Shown here piece by piece: positions 55,234 through 64,000 of a DNA stretch of 64,000 nucleotides. The notes under the pieces were generated by a model, which saw only the letters and a list, made by a program, of their open reading frames with translations, did not search any database and had not been told where the DNA came from. This DNA comes from Vicugna vicugna. Taxonomy: Eukaryota. The number at the start of each line of letters is the position of its first letter. Within the stretch, counting starts at the first letter, position 1. A program made the position numbers and the translations under genes. The stretch covers positions 73,599 to 137,598 of the forward strand of contig MU057666.1 in the NCBI GenBank assembly GCA_013265495.1. The letters run 5' to 3'.

Positions 55234-58200
55234 TGACATTATCTTTCCATTTGTTCTTTTATGAGGGTCTCTATCTACCCTTAGGTCCCCAGCATACTCA
55301 GAAGCTACACTGAAGTGTCACCGTCACTACTGTACGGCCACGATCCTGTGATACTACTCCAGCATTCTGGAACCAAAGTGGTGACTTAGAGCTGCTCAGA
55401 TCTCCATTAAAAGTTATCTTTGTGGATCTCCCTTAAAAGCCCTCAAAACATGTTAAGATACACTGGGATCCTTAGATTATATACAGCTTAAACTCAAACT
55501 GGGCCCCTTCTTCATGAACTAGAGTCTCAGTCATTAGAAGCATTCCAGTTCCAAGGGCAACCTTCTTGAGGCCATCAATAGTTTAAAGGAAGAGTTTCTC
55601 TAGTAGAAACCCTGCTCCCCAGAATTAATAGTGAGTAGACATTGGATGCACACACAATGGTGATTCAGTCTTTTAAGGATCTCATTCTTCTTGAAGGATA
55701 AATTGGGTCTGTCCAGAAGCCAAGTACCTCATGGGGGAATCAGTGATGTCTTGGGGGCCATGGTGGCCTGGAGTGTCTCTTCTAGTTGTTTCTAGGATAA
55801 GTGTGGGAGGTTTTCATTAGAACCTTCAGTGTTCTATGTTCTTATTGTGAGTTTGCTGCCTTGGCAGGGAGGTGATATAGAACTGGATTTGCTTTTATTT
55901 TTCACCCCCATAACCTCCTGGTTTTCCCAAGGAGGCTTGATTCCATTTGTAATTTGATATCTGTTTCAGCAGGAATGCCCTTAACTTCCACTTGCAGAGT
56001 AGAATGGAGAAGGATGTGAGTCTGGAGTGTCTGTCTCTCCCCAGGGCAGACATGACTTTTTGATGTCTGGAGGCTGGAGGGCCTAATGGGCTCCACTGGT
56101 ACTTAATGAATATCACATTATCACACTACCTCAAAGCTTGGCTTTTTCTGAAGACTCTGTTAAATGTTCAGTTGTTCCATTAGGTCTTGTCTCTCCAACT
56201 CAAGTCACATTGCTGTATGAGTTCATAAATATTTCTTTGAAGTTCTCAGATCTTAATATTTATAAACATTCCCCAGACTTACTTCCATTATTACTCACTG
56301 AGTTTGTTTCCATTGAGCCACTCATCTCTAGCCTCCTCATAAGTGATGTCAGGCATGTGATAGCTCATTTAAATCCTAGGTGTTGTGATAACCATTGCCC
56401 CAGATGCCTTTGTCCCAGATGTGGCATGCAGCTGTGAATGTTCTTGGGCAATCATTTGACTTTTCTGGGCTGATTCATCTTTTTCTTATCTATTGCATTA
56501 AATCCTATGAAAGGCACACAATGGATGTCCAACAAAGGTGTGCTGAGTGAAAGAATGAGCCCAGTTTATTCATTAGTGAAGTGAGGAGGTTGGAGGAGCC
56601 TAGTATAAGTTTGTGTTTAGTCCAAACACTTGAAGATTCTTTAAGTCTTCATCATTATAGCTGCCCTGGGTTTTGTGCCATATGCTGTATACACAGGTTT
56701 GACATGACACATCCTGCAATTAGCTTTCTGATTTAAGCAGAGGACATTCACATGCATGTATATTTAATGTCAGAGAATGAAAAGACACATTCATTATACA
56801 CAGAATGAGCTTCCGGATAAAAAATTTTCTTTTGAAAAGTATACAAATACTTTCAGAAAATTCCTCAAATAAAATAATAAAAAGATAATAAATATCTTTT
56901 TAAGTCTTGAATCACCAAAGCTCAAATAGATTCTTCCACCATACATTAAAACGTCCAGACCACTTCATCCAACCACCTTCAAAGTCGGTTGGTTGCTGTC
57001 TTGGTATTTATAAGCTTTCAATGAGAAAAAAAAATAAACAAATGTGTTAGGCAGCTGGTTCTAATTGGAGATATAAATACATAGCTTGGGATGAGATACA
57101 GAGCTTTGGAGGTAGATCAATATGGACTTGGATGCTGGATCTGATCTACTTCTTACTAACTCTGAGCTCTCAGTCATCTAGAGACTTAATTTCCCCATCT
57201 GTATAATGTACAATAAATACACTGTTTCTCCTATGTTTCCAGACTTTTGGACATTCTGTGGTGTATTTATTGTATTTTTCCAACTAACAAACCCATTGTT
57301 CTAAACTTTATTATTTGAAAGTGAAACTAGAATGCTGTTTGAAAATTTGTTTATTCCATGTTTTCCACCTTTTCAGATGTCCTATAAATGCAAGGGGTTT
57401 CCATTTATGGAAGTGTAATGCATACGGATAGGGAATAAAATATTGTCCTTACAGAGAGGACATGGACGACCCCCCCAAACTGACTCAGAAACATTCTTAG
57501 GAACTATGAGTGTTTAGTCTTCTTTATACCTGAAAACAGGCTACTGAGGGTAAAAGGGAAAGGACCAAATGTAAATAGGTTGCTAATGATGAGTGTGGAA
57601 GTAAGATGCACACAGTGACACTGAGAGCTCAAAACCAACACCAACCATGGCCAGGCTGAGAAGCTCCAGACATAGCAGGGAAGGAGCTCTCAGCCTGTAG
57701 AGTCTCCATCAGGCCTACAAGACCTGTACTGCCTTTCTCCACATGTCATTGATTAGTGTCCTGCTGTGAGAAATTACTTAATCTGGACACAGAATTTTGT
57801 CCTTGAAGTCCCTAACATCATCAAGTCACCAGGTAGAAGGTTGATTTTGTTTCTACTGGGACGACTGAAATTGGGGACCCAGCAGCATGGAAACAGAACC
57901 CTCACCCTGTTGCATCTCCTTATCTACATGGGTCTCTTCTGGGTAACTCAACCTTCCCAGTTAGACTGCAGTAAGGATCCTAATGCAGATGGAGTGGGAT
58001 GCCCTGCTTTTGCAGTTGGGGCAACTGAGGCTTAGAGCAGTTGAGTGACTTGTACTTGCAGTGAAGAACACAACTGGCTAATGACAGAATTGGGGCTAAA
58101 ATCCATTTCTCATAAGCCCAGTGCTCTTTCCCCAAGACTATGCCTAGCCTATGCAGAATATACATCTAAAAGAGGAAGGGTTTAATTATTCCTTCATATT

Positions 58201-58851
58201 ATTAAGATGAAATATCAATTTTGTGTGTTTAGTGGCAACAACTTTGGGAGAAGGATGAGCCTTAAGGATGATTCTAGCGCTAAATGGCTGATTTCCTGAC
58301 ATTCAAGGAGAGATCCAGTACCACAAATAACAAAAACAAGAAGCTGCATGATGACAGCTCAGCTGTGGATACGTACTGTCTTTGGCATGGATTTAAGAGC
58401 CAGTCTGAGTTAGAGTCACTCATTAGGGTTGGCAGGCAAGGCACTGCAGCTGAGATAAGATTATTCTAATGAAACCTTCTGGGGAGTGCCTCATGCCATT
58501 TCCTGTACTGTAAATGTTTTTGACTTGTGCAGTCCCACAAACTATGCTAAACACTTTGTTGTAATATAGTCAGGTGGATACCACACAAACATAATTCTTC
58601 TTTGCCAAAACAAAACAAAACAAAAAGAAAAGAAAGGAAGAAAAAGAAAACAAAGAAAAAAGAAAATGAAGCCAGAAGCTTAGTACATTCAGGAAGATGA
58701 CTGGATCTCATTTAAACTTCCTTTTAGACTATTCTTTGGCTCCAGCATTCTGAATTATGTAGCCAAGAATTTCATCTCCTTGTTTATATACAATTCTAAT
58801 AGTTATACCATAAAATAGCACTTATGTATGGATGAATAAAGAAATATTTCT

Positions 58852-59066
58852 CTGCTGTTTAATATGGTAGCCACTAGCCACAAGAGGCTATTTAAATTTC
58901 AATTAAAACAATTTCAAAAAGTTAAATGAAAATTAAAATTCACTTCTTTAATCACATGAATCATATTTGTGTGCTCAGCAGTCACATGTGCCTAGTGGCT
59001 TCCATATTAGCCAACAGAAATATGGAAGATTTCTATTATCACAGAAAGTTCTGTTGAACAGTGCTG
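58852..59066. mobile_element. MER3-like hAT-Charlie element
   Basis: aatatggtagccactagccac..ctatttaaattt..cacatgtgcctagtggct..acagaaagttctgttgaacag. Confidence 0.7.
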
Positions 59067-59677
59067 GTCTCTTTGGTAAAGATTAAAGAAGTGAGGTTAC
59101 ATAACTTGCCAGATTATATTAGATATACTGAATAACACTCCTGATTGAAACAAGGAAAATATTGGATGGAATTTTTTTAAAAATTTAAGTGCCTTATTGA
59201 GCTGGCATTAAAAAAAAGACATTTGTGGCTTCTAAACTGAAGTGTAAGCAGAAACTCTATGAATTAGATTAAGTGCTACAGCTAGACCTTCTCCAGGAAT
59301 TTCTAAGAAACAAGGAGAATTGAGCTTCTCAATTTGGTATGTTGGGAAAGAGCACACAGGAGGTAAATCTTCAGGCTCACCTAAAGTGGAAGGCCATTAG
59401 GACATGTCCTCATAATGGGGATTCTATGTCCTTGGAGGTAAGTACACAATGTCCATATGGATCTAATTAACTCCACCTCTGAGCTGTCTAATATTTCCTT
59501 AGAAACATTTATCACAATTTATTCAGCCACTTGTCCATTAAGAGTCATTCCATTTATTTCCAATAACCATGTGCTAGTCTCTTGGAGTAGTAGAAGCCAA
59601 GATAATTAACAAGTATCCAGAGCAGAGAGCTGGGGAGACCCAAGTGATCATGGTGTAATTCAAGAGGTTGCATTCTG

Positions 59678-62082
59678 GATCAAATTGGTTTCATGCCAGA
59701 GACACAAGGATGGTACAACATATGCAAATCAGTCAACATGATATACCACATTAACAAAACTAAAAGGGCAAAAACCATATGATAATCTCAATAGATGCAG
59801 AAAAAAGCATTTATTAAAATTCAACACTCATTTAAGATAAAAACTCTTACAAAAGGGAGAACATATTTCAACATAATTACAGCCAGCTTAATACTCAGTG
59901 ATGAAAAACTTAAAATCTTCTCATTAAGTTCTGGAACAAGACAAGGATGAACACTCTCACCACTTCTATTCAGCATAGTCTTGGAAGTCCTAACCATAGC
60001 AGTCAGGCAAGAAAAAGAAATAAAAGGGATCTAAATTGGAAAAGAATAGGCAAAACTGTCACTATGTGTGGATGACATGATACTATATATAGAAAACTCT
60101 AAAAGTTCCACACAAAAACTACTAGAACTGGATAAAAGAATTTTGCAAGGTAGCAGGATACAAGATTAACATAAAGAAATCAGTTGCATTTATTTATACT
60201 AGTAATGAATTAGCAGGAAAAGAAGATAAAGAAACAATCCCTTTTAAAATTGCATTCAAAACAATAAAATACTTAGGAGTAAATCTGACCAAGGAGGTGA
60301 AAGACTTATTCATGGAGAACACAAAACATTGATTATGGAAATTGAAGATGACTTAAAGGAATGGAAAGATATCCCATGCTTTTGGACTGGAAGAATCAAT
60401 ATTGTTAAAATGGCTATATTGCTCAAAGCAATCTACAGATTTAACTCAATCCCTATCAAATTACCCAGGACATTTTTCACAGAATTAGAACAAATAGTCC
60501 TTAAATTTATATGGAATTACAAAAGACCCAGAATTGTCAAAGCAATATTGAAGAAAAAGAATGAAGCTGGAGGAATAACCCTTCCAGACTTCAGACAATA
60601 CTATAGAGTTACAGTAATCAAAACAGCACAGTAATGGCATAAAAACAGACATATGGATCAGTGGAACAGAATAGAGACCCCAGAAATAAACCCACAGACT
60701 TATGGTCAGTTAATCTTTGACAAAGGAAGCAAGAATATACAATGGAGAAAAGACAGTCTCTTCAGCAAGTGGTGTTGTAAAACTGGACATCAGCATGTAA
60801 ATCAATGAAATTAGAATATCTCCTCATTCACAAAAATAAGCTTAAAATGGCTTGAAGACTTAAGTATAAGACAAGACATGGTAAAGTTCCTAGAAGAAAA
60901 CATAGGCAAAACACCCCCTGACATAAATCTTAGCAATGTTCTCCTAAGACAGGCTACCCAGGCAATAGAAATAGAGCAAAAATAAACAAATTGAACCTAA
61001 TTAGACTTATAAGCAAAGGAAACTTTAAGCAAAACAAAATGACAACTTACAGAATGGGAGAAAATATTTGCAAATGATGTGACTGACAAAGGCTTAATTT
61101 CCAGAATATATAAACAGCTCATAAGTTTTAATAAGAAAAAAAAAAGCCCAATCCAAAAATGGGTAGAAGACCTAAACAGCAGTTTTCCAATGAAGACATA
61201 CAAATAACCAATAGGCACATGGGGAAATGCTCAATACTACTAATTATCAGAGAAATGCAAATCAAAACTACAATGAGGTATCACCTCACACCAGTTAGCA
61301 TGGCCATCATTCAAAAATCCACAAATGATAAATGCTAGAGAGGCTATGGAGAAAAAGGAACCCTCCTACACTGCTTGTGGGAATGTAGTTTGGGGAAGCC
61401 TTTATGGAAAATGGTATGGAGGGTCCTCAAAAAACTAAAAATAGACTTACCATATGATCCAGAAATACCACTTCTGGGTATATATCCAGAGGAAACTCTA
61501 ATTTGAAAAGATACATGCACCCCAATGTTCATAGAAGCACTATACACAATAGCCAAGACATGGAAGCAACCTAAATGTCCATCAACATATGACTGGATAA
61601 AGAAGTTGTGGTATTTATACAACCTAATACTACTCAGCCATAAAAAAGAATAAAATAATGCCATTTGCAGCAACATGGATGGACCTAGAGATTGTCATTC
61701 TAAATGAAGCCAGAAAGACAAAGCAAAATACCACATGATATCAATCTTTAAAAAAAAAAAGGACACTATGAACTAATTTACAAAACAGACACAGACTCAT
61801 AGACATTCACAGACATTAGACATAGCAATCTTATGGTTACTGGGGAAAGGCAGTAGGAAGGGATAAATTTGAGAGTTTGAGATTTGCATATATTAGCCAC
61901 TATATATAAAAATAGATTTTAAAAAGTTTCTGCTGTATAGTACAGGGAACTATGTTCAATATCTTGTAATAACATTTAATGAAAAAGAATATGAAAAATG
62001 AATATATGTATGCATATGCATGACTGTGACATTGTGCACCAGAAACTGACACATTGTAACTGACTGTACTTCAGTTAAAAAT
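59678..62082 (+). mobile_element. 5'-truncated lineage-specific L1 (2.4 kb; RT and C-terminal ORF2 remnants, 3'UTR)
   Basis: Perfect 16-bp TSD AAGAGGTTGCATTCTG (59662-59677, 62083-62098); ORF2 remnant [32 protein letters not shown]. Confidence 0.95.
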
Positions 62083-63074
62083 AAGAGGTTGCATTCTGCG
62101 TTTTGCTTTCTATTGTATCAACTTTCTACATGGTATGTTCACAGAATTCTGGTCTTTCTACATAGAACCATCATCTACTTATAACTGGAAAATACACCTC
62201 CAGGTAACAGCTTAGCTTTCCTTCTAAAAAGAGGTACATGAGTTAGACACAGTGCAAGGCAACATTACCCTTCTCAGTTGGACTTTCTGTTGCCCTTAAC
62301 TGACTTTTACTCCTCAAGCAAATCGTAAGAATAACAGATTCTACAGATGTCTATCTTGGTTTCAAACAGGAAATACAATTTTTGTCTTCTCAAACAGGTA
62401 ACCTTAAGTATACACTTTTTAGAACTTATTGGGTGAAAGATGATTAACAGTAATTTAATTTTGCTTCCTAAGCTAGTTATATAAAGCTACATGTTGTCTT
62501 TTTATATAAGTTCTGTCTACCCAAAAGATAGAAGGACACACTTCAGTAAGACTATATTACTTCTCAGTGTGAGAAATAAATGCAGCCAGATTAGTTTCAT
62601 TCCTAAAGCAAATTTCATGAACCATGAACTTCAGTGAAAAGTATTCCTTACAAAGAGTTTACAATGAATACTTTTGAATATATAAATATGACATGTGAGC
62701 ATAATACTAGCTTTTTCCACAACAGGACTTTAGTCCTTTTAATTAGAAATTTCTTTAAATATTTCATTGTTTTATCTTTTCCTACTGACCTTTTGGAATT
62801 TTGGGCCAAAATTTAGCATTTTAAGTATTAATTTTATCACATTCATTGTCTCTAGCACAGGTCATAAGATTGATTTTTTAAATCACAGCATATTAACTTA
62901 TCTTTACTATAGGTTTTTATTGGTTTTATTGCTCACCCTTAAGTCTTTTTCAACCATTATTTCTGCCATTTTATTTTGATTGATTCCTCAGAGAATATAT
63001 TTGAGTGTTTTGACTTGTTAGATTTTTTTTTTTTTTAGGGAGGTTAAGTGGGCGCTACATTTTCAATGCCCTAT

Positions 63075-63760
63075 TTTTTTTTAAACTGAGATATAATTAA
63101 TATAAAATGAAATGCAGAATTGTCACACATTCAGATGATAAGCTTTGGACAATTGTATAATATGTGTAACCACTACCAAAAATAAGATGCCGAAGATTTG
63201 CACCATCCAGGAAGTTTCCTCATGCACTTCTCCAGCCCACTTTCCATTCCTCCCTCTCTTTTCCTCCTTCAACACCATTTATTTCTATTGCCATAGATTG
63301 ACTTCCCCTGAGTTTGGATTTCAAGTAAATGGAATCACATGTGAATACTCTTACCTGGCTTCCTAAACATTATATTTTTAGATTCAACAATGCTATTGTG
63401 TATATCAAGAATTCATTCTATTTTCTTGTTAAAGAGCATTCCATTATATTAATATACTGCCATTTGTTCATCTAATTTTTTGTTGCTGGACATAGCATTG
63501 TTTCCAGTTTTTCAGTATTTTGAGTAAGGCTTCTGGAAATATTTTTACACAACCCTTTTTGTGGACATGTGTTTTCACTTCTCTTGGGTAAGTACCGAGG
63601 AATTAAATTGCTGGGCCATAAGGTAAGGTTAAACTTTATAAGAAATTTGCCAAACAACTCTGAAAAATGATTGTTCCACTTTATGCTCCAACAAGCAGTG
63701 TACCAAGATTCCACATGCTACACATCTTTGCCAGTATTTACTCTTATAATGCATCCCATG
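63075..63760 (-). mobile_element. Ancient L1M 3' fragment
   Basis: Antisense L1 3'UTR/ORF2-end motifs (ctcttgggtaagtacc..aattgctgggccata..tgccaaac). Confidence 0.65.
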
Positions 63761-64000
63761 ACAATTGTAATAGTTGCCTGATTGTTCTACCTTTCAGTTT
63801 TACTTTTTAATTTTCTCCCACTCTAACTGATCCTACATGGTTTTTCAAGGCTTGCTGTCCTCAGGCTCAACTTGAGTGAAATAATACTCAGCTTACATTC
63901 TTTCAGTGGTATCCCAGTCACCACCTTAGCCTGACAATGAAAGTTCTTGGAGAGCTGGCCCTTACTTAAATTCTAATTTTATCTCCCAATCTCTAATACA

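Noticed and set aside
42390..61676. L1 ORF2-like ORFs as functional CDS
   Set aside because: They are short fragments broken by stops and frameshifts within 5'-truncated elements.
44340..64000. Terminal exons of an upstream tandem SPTLC3 copy or another gene
   Set aside because: No ORF or exon matching SPTLC3 C-terminal peptides or any protein I recognise; the ORFs are repeat-derived or random.

Overview
Mammalian genomic DNA, repeat-rich and not prokaryotic. The L1 3' ends look cetartiodactyl and I saw no Alu, B1/B2, Bov-A/BovB, PRE-1 or Can-SINE copies, so it is probably a camelid (inference). The only gene is a spliced, minus-strand SPTLC3 (serine palmitoyltransferase long-chain base subunit 3) locus. 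Exons 1, 2, 3, 4 and 6 are recognisable with canonical splice sites; exon 7 onward probably lies left of the window. This copy looks disabled: a frameshift in exon 1, a 2-nt deletion with a premature stop in exon 3, no detectable exon 5, substitutions in conserved motifs, and a 2.2-kb sense-strand L1 with a target-site duplication (TSD) inserted just upstream of the ATG. A rearranged inverted L1 composite lies in the interval where exon 5 is expected. The rest is intronic or upstream sequence containing L1, L2, MIR, MER DNA transposons, nested LTRs and microsatellites. Comparisons with human SPTLC3 and repeat consensus sequences are from memory, not from searches. I found no novel multi-gene system.
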